The notes below the pieces were generated by a model. The model saw only the letters and a program-made list of their open reading frames with translations. It was not told the origin of the DNA and ran no database searches. Shown piece by piece: positions 14,088-26,513 of a stretch of 64,000 bases of DNA. The translations under genes were made by a program, and so were the position numbers. The stretch is taken from contig OX597817.1 of NCBI GenBank assembly GCA_951406725.2, positions 8,370,001 through 8,434,000 of the forward strand. The letters run 5' to 3'. Source of the stretch: Octopus vulgaris (Eukaryota). Position 1 is the first letter of the stretch. Each line of letters opens with the position of its first letter.

Positions 14088-14427
14088 ACAACGGTTTACA
14101 GTGAAAAGCAACTTCACATGTGCTTCGGAGAACCTAATATACTCACTAACCTGCTCCGGGTGTCAAGAGCAGTACATAGGCCAAACAAAAAATGGTTTGC
14201 GTAAACGAATGGCCCTGCACAGATCCCAGATAAAAATTCCCCAAAACAGAAAAATAGCTTTTAGCCAACACATAGATACTTGCGCCAACAAAAAAACACC
14301 AAACTTCAGAATTTTCCCCCTCTACCAATTTAGGGACGATACAACCTCGAGACAAAGAATAAGTAAAGAAAATCTCTTTATTACAAAATACAAGCCACTT
14401 CTTAACGGGTCTACGACAAACAATTAA
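14085..14427 (+). pseudogene. GIY-YIG endonuclease domain of a Penelope-like element (uninterrupted C-terminal fragment)
   Basis: NFTCASENLIYSLTCSGCQEQYIGQT..LRKRMALH...KENLFITKYKPLLN shows the LIY-CxxC-YIG-R-H-E-N signature. Confidence 0.88.
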
Positions 14428-15179
14428 TATACCTCAACTTTAGAATAAAAGAAAAAAAAAAAAAAAAATATATATACACACACAAATACTACACTCCATA
14501 GAATCCATTACTAATCAGCCCCTTCATAGCTATATTTACACCCATTCATATTCTCCCTTCTCTGTTTTTTTCTTCTTCTTCTTCTTCATCATCATCGTTA
14601 TCATCATCATCGGCGTCATCATCATCACCACCATCATCACCACCATCTTCTCCTTCTCCTTCTTCTTCTTCTTCTTCTTCTTCTTCTTCTTCTTCTTCTT
14701 CTTCTTCTTCTTCTTCTTCTTCTTCTTCTTCTTCTTCTTCATCATCATCGTTATCATCATCATCGTCGTCATAATCATCACCACCATCACCATCATCTTC
14801 TCCTTCTCCTTCTTCTTCTTCTTCTTCTTCTTCTTCTTCTTCTTCTTCTTCTCACCCCCTACCCCTTAAGTTTGTCACTAATGTTTTTTAGTATAACACC
14901 TACGCTAATTCTATAAACAATCCTGAATTGAACTGAGACTGCCAGCCGCCACTGACCATTCAAAATACGACCATCAGGGCACTCCCAGATTCTCCCACCC
15001 CCTTTCCTCACCAGCCTTCCCTCTACTACCCTACCAAGAACTCACAACTACCTCGAACACACAAGTGCAAACAAGGGAGTCAGAGAAAGGCAGAATGCCA
15101 CTTAAATCTGAACACTACTATAGAAATATTCTTTTAAAAAACTTTTCTTCTAATTTTTCTAAATTTAATTATTTAATCG

Positions 15180-15223
15180 TTACAGTTGAAAAGGTCTCAA
15201 AATGACCGAAACCGGTACTGAAA
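15180..15223 (+). ncRNA. Minimal type I hammerhead ribozyme with U3-A8 core covariation
   Basis: CAG-TTGAAAA-GGTC(TCAAAAT)GACC-GAAA-CCGG-TA-CTG; stem II perfect, palindromic ACCGGT stem III, GUA site at 15215-15217. Confidence 0.75.
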
Positions 15224-15399
15224 TGTTCACTATAAAATTATTTTAGCATTTTCTATTTTTTACTTGTTTTTTCATATATATCAACTCGTGTGTTCCTTTT
15301 CACCCTTATACATATATATATATATATACACATATGCATGTGTGTAAATGTTTACTAGTATACACACACACGCACACACACACATACATATGTATATGT

Positions 15400-16418
15400 A
15401 TTTCAAGATTTCTTGTCAACAGAGAAAGAGCCAGCCAGTTTCTAACCTAAATCCAAGGTTTCTCCATTGGAATTTCAACAACAGCAGGGGACTTTTGTAT
15501 GTATGTATGTATGTATGTATGTATGTATGTATGTATGTATGTATGTATGTATGTATGTATGTATGTTTGTATGTATGTATGTATATGTACAGATTGGTAT
15601 GTTTTGCTTCATATATGTATTCTCATGCGAGTAGCATATATAGATATGCTCATATATATTTAAATGATAAACTTCTGGAAAGCTTTACAGATTTTTACAA
15701 TTCCAATGATAGACTGGATCTGTAGTCTTCTAATTAGCTCTCTCCTTTCTGGTTTTGAGAAGCCTTATTTCTCAGGATTGGTATTTAGGCAGTGTATTAC
15801 CTATCCCAGTATGTATGTATGTATGTATGTATGTATGTATGTATGTATGTATGTATGTATGTATGTATGTTTGTATGCATGTATGTATATGTACAGATTG
15901 GTATGTTTTGCTTCATATATGTATTCTCATGCGAGTAGCATATATAGATATGCTCATATATATTTAAATGATAAACTTCTGGAAAGCTTTACAGATTTTT
16001 ACAATTCCAATGATAGACTGGATCTGTAGTCTTCTAATTAGCTCTCTCCTTTCTGGTTTTGAGAAGCCTTATTTCTCAGGATTGGTATTTAGGCAGTGTA
16101 TTACCTATCCCAGTATGTATGTATGTATGTATGTATGTATGTATGTATGTATGTATGTATGTATGTATGTATGTTTGTATGCATGTATGTATATGTACAG
16201 ATTGGTATGTTTTGCTTCATATATGTATTCTCATGCGAGTAGCATATATAGATATGCTCATATATATTTAAATGATAAACTTCTGGAAAGCTTTACAGAT
16301 TTTTACAATTCCAATGATAGACTGGATCTGTAGTCTTCTAATTAGCTCTCTCCTTTCTGGTTTTGAGAAGCCTTATTTCTCAGGATTGGTATTTAGGCAG
16401 TGTATTACCTATCCCAGT
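15400..16418 (-). mobile_element. R4/Dong-like LINE 3'-end unit in (TATG)n, body triplicated with a 304-bp period
   Basis: Minus strand reads LG*VIHCLNTNPEK*GFSKPERRELIRRLQIQSIIGIVKICKAFQKFII*, like the C-terminus after a restriction-like endonuclease; three near-identical units. Confidence 0.75.
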
Positions 16419-16633
16419 ATGTATGTATGTATGTATGTATGTATGTATGTATGTATGTATGTATGTATGTATGTATGTATGTATGTATGTGTGTATGTGT
16501 GTATGCATGTATGCATGTATGTATGTATGTATGTATGTATGTATGTATGTATGCATGTATGTATGTATGTATGTGTGCATGTATGCATGCATGTATGTAT
16601 GCGTGTATGTATGTATGTATGTATGCATGTATG

Positions 16634-16667
<34 letters not shown>

Positions 16668-16690
16668 TGTATGTATGTATGTATGTATGT

Positions 16691-16895
16691 AGGGAGAGTT
16701 TACGAAAAAAAAGACAAAAGACGAAGACAGGTGGTGTACAAAACAAACAGATGTATTAGTATAACGCTCAGGAATAGAAAAAGGCTTTTACGTTTCGAGC
16801 CTACGCTCTTCTACAGAAAGGAACACAGGAGAAACAAGGAGAGAAACAAAGAGAGAAACAAGGAGAGAAAAAAATGTGTGTAGTGGCTAATGTGA
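16691..16895 (-). mobile_element. Short microsatellite-embedded element with a hammerhead-like motif (copy 1)
   Basis: Reverse complement of 16785-16820 is CTTT-CTGTAGA-A-GAGC(GTAG)GCTC-GAAA-CGTA-AAAG; homologous to 36835-37025. Confidence 0.75.
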
Positions 16896-17417
16896 ATCAT
16901 CTTAATCGTTGATGTACATATAAGACACACACCTATACGCACATGTATGAATATATATACATTTTATTACGTTCTTCTCACGCAACCAGTAAATACCAAC
17001 CGAAGGAACGACAATATATCACGTAAAATTAGCTCCACTACACCAACTATAAATCCAGACCTGAGCAAAACTCACAAACGTTGGATGCATATGTTTCCAG
17101 AATCAACCGTCATATGTCGACCGCCAGTGATTCCATTACAACGAACGATGCATAGAAAAGAAATGTTTAATCGAAATTGGAATGCATATGTCGCAGTCTG
17201 CCCGTTGAAATTCGTCATTCATTTCTTAGATATTAATAGATTCAATTAAGGAAGCTGAAATCTGTTATCATTGCTGGGAGTGCCAATTCTGCTGCAGGTA
17301 TGAAAGTAGCTATGGAAGAAACCTTATGATTAATATATTTTAGCATTTTTCCTTCTATATTCATATGCAATGATAACATCATCAATGTATATCTATATAA
17401 ACTCACACACACATATA

Positions 17418-17453
<36 letters not shown>

Positions 17454-17667
17454 TGTATGTATGTATGTATGTATGTATGTACGTATATGTGTGTGTATAT
17501 ATGTATATATATATATATATATATATTATGTATATATATAAATTTAAATATATAATTATATATACGTATGCGTATATATGCATACGTATATGCATGTGTG
17601 TGTGTGGTTATACATGCGTATATATATATATATATATATATGATGAAATATATAATCGTATATGTAT

Positions 17668-17715
<48 letters not shown>

Positions 17716-17785
17716 ATCTATATATATATATATATATATGATGAAATATATAATCATATATGTATCTATATATATATATATATAT

Positions 17786-17905
17786 ATCACGTGATCACGT
17801 GACCGACCAGACCATCAGATGTTGTTACACATCGCTGGTCACAATGCATTCGCATTGTTTTAGCCTTCAAATGACGCCACCCCGCTGGCTAAGCGAGCAG
17901 GCCAA
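17786..17905 (-). mobile_element. 3' fragment of SINE family D (tail 3)
   Basis: Reverse complement of the tail at 54645-54752 (GGTCGGTCACGTGATCACGTGAT). Confidence 0.75.
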
Positions 17906-17941
17906 ATATATATATATATATATACATAAATATAATAGCTT

Positions 17942-17985
<44 letters not shown>

Positions 17986-18577
17986 TGTGTGTGTGTGTGT
18001 GCGTGTATATGTGTGCACACACACAAACACACACACACACATGTATGTATACGTAATTACTAATCATGCATTGGATCGATTAAACTAGTTTCATCCTATC
18101 CTACCCTTGTGTGCAAATATGTGGCTTTGTGCGAAAGAGGGAAATCAATATTAAGTGACATTACTATGACTCCAGATAGAGCGGTGGATAACTGGACTGT
18201 ATGTCTTCCATTGGTTTTTTAATCGTTTGAAAGAAGCAAATATCAAACGCTGCACCCATCATCTAATGACTTAAACCATGGATCTATAAATGGGTGAAAA
18301 ACTCAGCGTCAACGTGGTCGAAACATGGTGTGATTAATAGAGCGAGCACCGTTCAAAGGGTGGAGGCATGCTTGGAGAGTTACTGAAATACTGCAGTGGC
18401 TCTCATTTGACAAAACAAAAACAACGAAAATACAAAAAACAAAGCAGTGTGTATATGAAATATAGACGTATACTAACTATGGTAGACATCATCAGAGGTT
18501 AACCTGAATCAATGGGGATACCTAGAATGACTTTTTTAGCGCAGGATATCTGGTGCACTTACAAGACACAAATACTT

Positions 18578-18809
18578 ATTTCTTTATTACCCACAAGGGG
18601 CTAAACATAGAGAGGGCAAACAAGGACAGACAAACGGATAAAGTCGAACATATCGACCCCAGTGCGTAACTGGTACTTAATTTATCGACCCCGAAAGGAT
18701 GAAAGGCAAAGTCGACCTCGGCGGAATTTGAACTCACAACTAAACGACAGACGAAATACGGCTACGCATTTCGCCCGGCGTGATGACGGTTCTGCCAGCT
18801 CGCCGCCTT
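18578..18809 (-). mobile_element. SINE family A monomer
   Basis: Full head, body and tail; ACAAATAC on both flanks. Confidence 0.9.
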
Positions 18810-19692
18810 AAAATGATACAAATACCATCATCCTGTACTACTTGGTCACCCTGAACTTGAGTGAGGTATGGAAAATAACTGTCGAGGTATACATAATTTT
18901 AATATAGATTATGGGGCAGTAGGTTTTGCATTGCTATTTTTATCTGAATATGGAAATATTTTGTTCATAACATTTGTAAGTGCTGCACTGTTTTGGGGAG
19001 GAAGATTTTTATTGCTTCGTGGGAGTTAAGAATATTTCTAATATAAATATAGTGGTGTGTGAGGCATTATACCGAACAACAATCCACTCGAGTTCATTAT
19101 GATTTGATCGTTTCAGGACCGTTAATATAAGCACTTGTAAGTATGTACATAAATTGATTCAATCGCCAATAACCTCGTCTCACTCTCTAACCCGTCACAT
19201 TTCTGTCACGCACTTCTATAAATCTGTTAGTCGTGTGTCAATGACACAAACTGATGACACACGCACATACGCACACTTACACAAGAAGCTCGCGATGAGG
19301 TCATCCTCGCTGACGAAAACATTGCTGTTTAAGAAGAAAACGACCTTATTTTATGTAGTTCACATGAAGATGTAAAATGACAGAGACTATCCTTCTGTCA
19401 GAACCACGCCAGTTCATTGGTGAGGTCTGCTGTTGTTTGTAAAATGCTAAAACATTGTGTCAACTGCCATCAGGATGATATGTTATGTGTTCAGTGTCAT
19501 AATCATATGATACTTTGATATACTTCATGAACCTTTAATGTTACTAGGGTAGAGTGAGTAAGGGGTCGGTATGCTATTTGCTCAAAGCAAACCTCCCTGA
19601 TTAATATCAGAAAGATGGGGATGGATGAGAATTCTATATTTTTTTTTTATTCGTTGCTCCCTATATAAAGGTAACAACAGCGACAATATTAT

Positions 19693-19861
19693 GCCGCCGG
19701 AGTCGACTTTCCCTTTCATCTTTTCGGGGTCGATGAAATAAGTACCAGTTGACTACTGGGCTCAATGCAATCGACTCGTCCCCTTCCCCCAAATTTCAGG
19801 CCTTGTGTTCTTAGTAGAAAGGATTCTTCTTCTTCTTCTTCTTCTTCTTCTTCTTCTTCTT

Positions 19862-19892
<31 letters not shown>

Positions 19893-20412
19893 TTATTATT
19901 ATTATTATTGTTGCTGTTGTTGTTGTTGTTGTCGTTGTCGTTGTCGTCGTCGTTGTTGTTGTTGTTGTTGATGATGATGATGATGTTGTTGTCGTCGTCG
20001 TTGTTGTTATTAGAGCAACGAAATGGCAGAATCGTCAGCACGCTGAGCGAAGTGCTTAGCTGTATTTCGTCTTCCGTTACGTTCTGAGTTCAAATTCCGC
20101 CGAGGTCGACTTTGCTTTTCATCCTTTCGGGGGTCGATTAAATAAGTACCAGTTACGCACTGGGGTCGATATAATTGACTTAATCCGTTTGTCTGTCCTT
20201 GTTTGTCCTCTCTGTGTTTAGCCCCTTGTGGGTAGTAAAGAAATAGGTATTTCGTCTGCCGCTACGTTGTGCGTTCAAATTCCGCCGAGGTCGACTTTGC
20301 CTTTCATCTTCTCGGAGTCGATGAAATAGGCACCAGTCAAGCACAGGGGTGGATGTAATCGACTAGCTCCCTACCTCAAAATTTCAGTCTGCGTGCCTAT
20401 AGTAGAAAGGAT
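19693..20412 (+). mobile_element. SINE family A partial copy plus dimer, separated by a (TTC)/(TTA)/(GTT) compound microsatellite
   Basis: Body units at ~19693, ~20062 and ~20247; junction AAAGAAATAG|GTATTTC. Confidence 0.85.
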
Positions 20413-20462
20413 TATTATTATTATTATTATTATAAGTAGTAGTGGTAGTAGTAGTAGTAGTG

Positions 20463-20513
<51 letters not shown>

Positions 20514-21079
20514 ATGATAATAATCATAATCGTCTTTATCATCGCCATCATATCCCCCAAATTGGTGAAGCACTGCGTCATATGAATAACAATGTTTTTT
20601 TTTTTAGTAATGTATTTCGGTCCGTCTCTCCAATACGCTCCACACCCTACTTTACCTTGCTATCCATCGAAATGACTCACATTTGTCAACCTGGGATGAG
20701 GAGGGGGTATAGGGATGGCTAATGATGAAATCACTGTTTATAAGTCATCCTTAAACAGTTGCATCCCAGGAAACTAATGATGGTTTGTAAGTCATAGGCT
20801 GCGTGTGCCTGGATAGATATTCAGCAGCAACAACAAAAAAAAAAAAACCCATCCCTCTAAAAAATATCGTGATAAGTCCTTGAAAGAATTCGTTAATAGT
20901 TTTAATTGCGTTATTAAGAATTCTTTCTCTCGTCGTGACTGCGTTGACATAGGAAAGATTCTTCTTTTACATTTATTCGGAATGTCACATGTTTACCGTG
21001 GTTAAATGACAAGCCAAGTACGTGCTATCAGGTATCCCTGTATGAAAAACCAGGACTAGATGAGGAAAGGAAGCATGTT

Positions 21080-21493
21080 TACTCTTACTCTTTTACTCTT
21101 TTACTTGTTTCAGTCATTTGACTGCGGCCATGCTGGAGCACCGCCTTTAATCGAGCAACTCGACCCCGGGACATATTCTTTTGTAAGCCCAGTACTTATT
21201 CTATCGGTCTCTTTTGCCGAACCGCTAAGTAACGGGGACATAAACATACCAGCATCGGTTGTCAAGCAATGCTAGGGGGACAAACACAGACACACAAACA
21301 CACACACGCATATATATATATACATATATACGACAGGCTTCTTTCAGTTTCCGTCTACAAGATCCACTCACAAGGCTTTGGTCGGCCCGACGTTATAGTA
21401 GAAGACACTTGCCCAAGGTGCCACGCTGTGGGACTGAACCCGGAACCATGTGGCTGGTAATCAAGCGACTTACCACACAGCCACTCCTGCGCC
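21080..21493 (-). mobile_element. SINE family B, full length
   Basis: Near-identical to 2074-2494. Confidence 0.9.
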
Positions 21494-21556
21494 TATGTTT
21501 ATTAATTTTTTTTCGTTTATGATTCCTTAATATTTTCCTTCCACACCTTGTTTTTG

Positions 21557-21713
21557 CAGGCATGGCTGTGTGATAAAAAAGCTTGCTTTCCAACCACTTG
21601 GTTCTGGGTTCAGTCCCACTGCATTGCACATTTTACTATTTTACCATAACCTCGTGCCGACCAAAACCTTGTGAGTGGATTTGGTAGCTGGAAACTGAAA
21701 GAAACCCGTCGTG
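21557..21713 (+). mobile_element. SINE family B, 5' half
   Basis: GCAGGCATGGCTGTGTG...GGGTTCAGTCCCACTGC...GTGAGTGGATTTGGTAG. Confidence 0.8.
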
Positions 21714-21717
21714 CATA

Positions 21718-22112
21718 TTCTCTTTACTCTTTTACTTGTTTCAGTCATTTGACTGCGGCCATGCTGGAGCACCCCCTTTAGTCGATCAAATCGACCCCAG
21801 GACTTATTATTTGTAAGCCTAGTACTTATTCTATCGGTCTCTTTTGCCGAACCGCTAAGTTACGGGTACGTAAACACACCAGCATCGGTTTCAAGCGATG
21901 TGGGGGGGGGGACAAACACAGACACACAAACATATATATGCATATATACGACAGGCTTCTTTCAGTTTCCATCTACCAAATCCACTCACAAGGCTTTGGT
22001 TGACCCGAGGTTATACCAGAAGACACTTTCCCAAGGTGCCACGCAGTGAGACTGAACCCAGAACCATGTGGTTCGTAAGCAAGCTACTTACCACACAGCC
22101 ACTCCTACGCCT
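21718..22112 (-). mobile_element. SINE family B, full length
   Basis: Homologous to 21080-21493. Confidence 0.9.
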
Positions 22113-22117
22113 ATATA

Positions 22118-22193
<76 letters not shown>

Positions 22194-22916
22194 ACCACTG
22201 CTTTACAACCAGTGTTGGTGTGTTTTTGTCCCCGTAACTTAGCAGATCGACAAAACAGACGATAGGACAAGTACCAGGCATTACAAAAAAATAAATTAAT
22301 AAATAAATAAGCACTGCGGTCGATTCATCCGACTATAAATTCTTCGAGGTGTTGCTCCAGTATGGACGTAGTTTAATGACAAACAGATAAAAGATGAAAA
22401 AATATATATATGAACAATAGCGTCGTTTACTGTAAATTCTCAGCTATACACCTTAACCATATGTAAATTTTAAATACAAATTTAAGTGTGTTGGGTCACA
22501 CATACTGTTATACATCCAGGCATTCACCCCCACCCCGCCCCACCCCACCACCAGCCGCCCACACACACATTCTGAACTAGATCCCGCATCGCACCAAAGA
22601 GTTATCTGTCTCTGAGTGACGGGTGTTCTGCAGTCATTGGTCTGTCGTCACTGCGAGTAAACTGTGAAGCAGGTTTGCTTGGAAACGCGAGTTCACAAAA
22701 CAAAACCGGAACTTTCTTACATAGAAACAGGATGTAAAAAATGTCTGGTTCACGAGGCTGTGAGGCAGCTTTGTTTTGAAACGTGCGCTCAGAAAGCAAA
22801 ACCGGAATATGTTCTTATTACAACCAGGATGAACAATGAAGTATGCTACACGAGACAACAAAAAATCAACAAAAAAAAAAATCCTGAAGTTCCTGAAAAA
22901 TTTTGCAAATTTTCCC

Positions 22917-22918
<2 letters not shown>

Positions 22919-22968
<50 letters not shown>

Positions 22969-22969
22969 G

Positions 22970-23031
<62 letters not shown>

Positions 23032-23034
23032 GTT

Positions 23035-23087
<53 letters not shown>

Positions 23088-23095
23088 TTTCATTA
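22919..23095. repeat. (CAT)n microsatellite
   Basis: Direct reading. Confidence 0.97.
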
Positions 23096-24506
23096 TCATC
23101 TTCTTTCAGTTCTGTTTCCATTTCTTGCCGAGTATCTTCCTGACACCTAGGGCACAGAAACGTACTGTATACATTGGTAGACTATTAAAACAAGCTCACC
23201 AGATTGTTTTATTTACCGAGACATGTGATAGAGAAAAAGGGAAAGACAGAGTGAAAAAGAAAAAAAAAAAAAAGAAATAGAAGAGTAAAGAAATAAAATA
23301 AGAGGAAAAAGTAAAGAAAATTTACAGCAACAATGCTTTTCTCAATACGTGTGACGTACCAGTTAAGACAATCTTTTGCCCGTCTTGCATGGCTGTTAAG
23401 CCAGGGATCATTCTTAAATAATTTTCTGTTCCTTTTTTGATCATTCCAAGTGCTCCTACAATCACTGGTATTGTAACTGTCTTGAGATGACACATCTTTT
23501 CGATTTCGATTAGCAACTCTTTATATTTTCTGAGCTTATCAAATTCTTTTGCAGAGATATTATGGTCACAGGGTATGTTAATATCAATCAGTAAACAGAT
23601 TTCATTGCTTCTGTCTTTTACAACAATATCTGGTTTATTTGCCTAGATTGTTCGATCTGTACATACTNNNNNNNNNNNNNNNNNNNNNNNNNNNNNNNNN
23701 NNNNNNNNNNNNNNNNNNNNNNNNNNNNNNNNNNNNNNNNNNNNNNNNNNNNNNNNNNNNNNNNNNNTTTGCCGATATATTATGGTCACAGGGTATGCTC
23801 ATGTCAATCAGTAAACATGCTTTATTGCTTTTGTCTTTTACAACAATATCTGGTTTATTTTCCTTGATCGTCCGATCTGTACATACTGGGAAGTCCCAAA
23901 GAATAGTTACATTTTCTCCCTCAGTTACAGCCTCAGGGTGGTGCTTGCACCATTTTCCAGCAGTTTCGATTTTATAATGCCGACACATTATCCAATCTAG
24001 ATATTGGCCAACTCCACAATGTCCTGATTTGTACTCTGCAGGTGCTAAAGCCTTACATACAGAGAGATTAGGTGGTCCACTGTTTCTATCCCATCGTTGC
24101 GGTATCGGTATTTTGGGTCTACACCATTTTTCATCACATTGGCTTGATAGTTCCGGATCAATAAGCTCTGATCTTGGGCAGTCTAGATAAAGCTGTCACT
24201 CTCTGCTTTTAACCCTGAGAGCCATTGCCACTGATAGGTGTGCTTCTGGTCTACATCAGCCTGTTTGCTACGGGCCACATATTTGCCATGCAGAGGTTTT
24301 TGTTCCCACCTATTAGCCAATTGTTCAAACGCATTTTGCTTCGCTACTGATTTCACCGTCTTTGCAGCTACAGTTTCTGCACTTCCCTCATACTGTTCAA
24401 CCTGGGTATTATGCATAAACTCACATGAAAGTTTTTTGCTCTCCTTCATAACAGAATGAAGCTTCTTACGTCTTTCATGGTTTTCAACGAGCTTTAGCAT
24501 CCAGTC

Positions 24507-24507
<1 letters not shown>
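23095..24507 (-). mobile_element. 5'-truncated R4/Dong-clade non-LTR retrotransposon (post-RT region, zinc-knuckle remnant, restriction-like endonuclease, 3' UTR), spanning an assembly gap
   Basis: KPLHGKY..., ETVDHLIS, ILWDFPVCTDRTIKENKPDIVV...LLIDMSIP, KY..L..EIEKM...IPVIVGALG...VLTGTSHVLRKAL; 5' end at (TAA)n, 3' end at (GAT)n. Confidence 0.88.
23668..23767. other. Assembly gap (100 N)
   Basis: Run of N. Confidence 1.
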
Positions 24508-24600
<93 letters not shown>

Positions 24601-25569
24601 TCCGCCGAAGTCGACTCTGCCTTTCTATCCTTTCTAGGGTCGATAAGATAAGTACCAGTTGAACACTAGGGTCGATGTAATCAACTTAACTCGTCCCCGA
24701 AATTTCAGGCCTTGTGCCTATAATGTTTCTACTATATGCACAAAGATTATTTTGTTATTATTGTTATTATCAGTATTATATTTTACACAGAAGGAGAAAG
24801 CAGCGCTCATGACTCTTTACAGAGCCTACAAGACTAGATAGAGGAGGGAGGAAGGTATCTTCAAAACGGTGATCGGGCCAGAATGCTTGCAACAGACCTG
24901 TTGGTAGTGTTAAAATGAGCAATTTATTAACTTTACCACCTTAGTAGGCAATAGGAATTTCAGAACAATTATCGCATGACAGCTGGCTCCACGTTCTTAC
25001 TACCCAACATTTGCATTTTCTTTTACCGACCCAAATGGATGAAAAGAAAAATTTACTTAGGTGGGGATTTGAATCCAGAGACTAAATTGTGGGGACAAAT
25101 AACGCAAAAGCATTCTATCCGACACACAAGGGACTTTACTAGCATAAATGAGAACTGCTTAAAATTAAAAATTGTAAACAGACTGGGAAGATATGTAACT
25201 GTTGATATTTACGCATGAACAGACTATGCTGCTTAGACTGTTGGCATTATATCCCCACTACTTAGAACCTCAAAATCCACCCATTCGTGTACGCAAATCA
25301 GACTTCGAAAGTGTCAACCTATTAAAATTCTTCAGAAAATTCATTTCCCTTCAATAATTGTTTCAGTAAAATAGATCGACACCGTTACTTGTATATGCGA
25401 ATGTCAAGCAGTTGGCGGTGGGTGGGGACAAACATAAAGACGCATACACACATACATACATACATACATACATACATACATACATACATACATACATACA
25501 TACATACATACATACATACACATATACATACATACATACATATATACATACATACATATATACATACAT

Positions 25570-25900
25570 TAGAAAGCTACAAGAGAAAGAGGACATCTAA
25601 GGGCTATTGTTAAGGAGTTTGCAAATATAGTACTCAGTTTCATACCTATTATTATTGGAACAACAGGAAACATACGAACCAGTCTGGAGCAAAATATGGC
25701 TAAAATTAAAATCTTGGAGAGAGAATGAAAATCCTAAATTCATACGCTATAAATGATTACAATATCTGAGACCATAAAAATCTGCAAGACCTCCGAAAGA
25801 TTTAAAGGATGACGGCTAAATCAAGATACTTTCTTTCACAACCTCACTACCAAATCGATGGCCGGTCATAATTTACTCTAAGCTAAAAAGAGAAAGATAA
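25570..25900 (+). mobile_element. Decayed R4-like LINE C-terminal fragment in (CATA)n (second subfamily)
   Basis: Reads RKLQEKEDI*GLLLRSLQI...FIPIIIGTTG and ...TISETIKICKT across frameshifts; flanked by (CATA)n. Confidence 0.55.
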
Positions 25901-25965
25901 TACATACATACATACATACATACATACATACATACATACATACATACATACATACATACATACAT

Positions 25966-26485
25966 ACCCTGTTTCTGATGTTGAAATTCCAATGAAGGAG
26001 CCTTAGATCTAGGTTAGAAACCGGCTCTTTCTCCATTGGCAAGAAATCTTGAAATAAAACTGAACAATGATACACATACATACGGAGTACATACATACAT
26101 ACATACATACATACATACATACATACATACATACATACATACATACATACATACATACATACATACACTCGTCCTAAATACCTATCTTAAGAAATTAAGC
26201 TTCTCAAAACCAGAAAGAAGAAAGCTGATTCGAAGACTACATCTCCAATCCATCACTGGAACTGTAAAAATCTGTAAAACTTACCCGAATTATATATGAG
26301 CCTGTCTAGACATGCAACTATATGCATGAGGGTGCATACATAAAACAAAGCATACAAATCTACACATATACATACAAACAAAAATACTCTGTTGATGTTG
26401 TTGAAATTCCAATGAGCTTTGGATCTAGGTTAGAAACCTACTCTTTCTTTATTGGCAAGAAATCTTGAAAACGGAAGAATGGCAT
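25966..26485 (+). mobile_element. Two further copies of the (CATA)n-embedded R4-like 3'-end unit (short copy 25966-26070; longer copy 26168-26485)
   Basis: LNTYLKKLSFSKPERRKLIRRLHLQSITGTVKICKTY; shared terminus TTGAAATTCCAATG...CATTGGCAAGAAATCTTGAAA. Confidence 0.75.
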
Positions 26486-26513
26486 ACATGCATGCATACA
26501 TACATACATACAT

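Larger units (their letters stand above)
14084..15308 (+). mobile_element. 5'-truncated Penelope-like retroelement between (TA)n tracts
   Basis: GIY-YIG C-terminus, then a 3' UTR with (TTC)n/(ATC)n, then a hammerhead at 15180-15223; (TA)n on both sides. Confidence 0.8.

Noticed and set aside
15506-16418. Regular repeat-spacer pattern resembling CRISPR
   Set aside because: The spacers are identical, the context is eukaryotic, and no cas genes are present
19311-19345. CTGACGA plus a hairpin; similar CTGATGA hits at ~46288, ~56788 and ~36530 (-)
   Set aside because: No GAAA directly after stem II and no stem I/III, so these are chance matches
25988-26040. Hairpin with AUGA...AAA resembling a SECIS element or twister ribozyme
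   Set aside because: It lacks the 3' GA of the SECIS quartet and the twister consensus; kept only as a LINE 3' stem-loop
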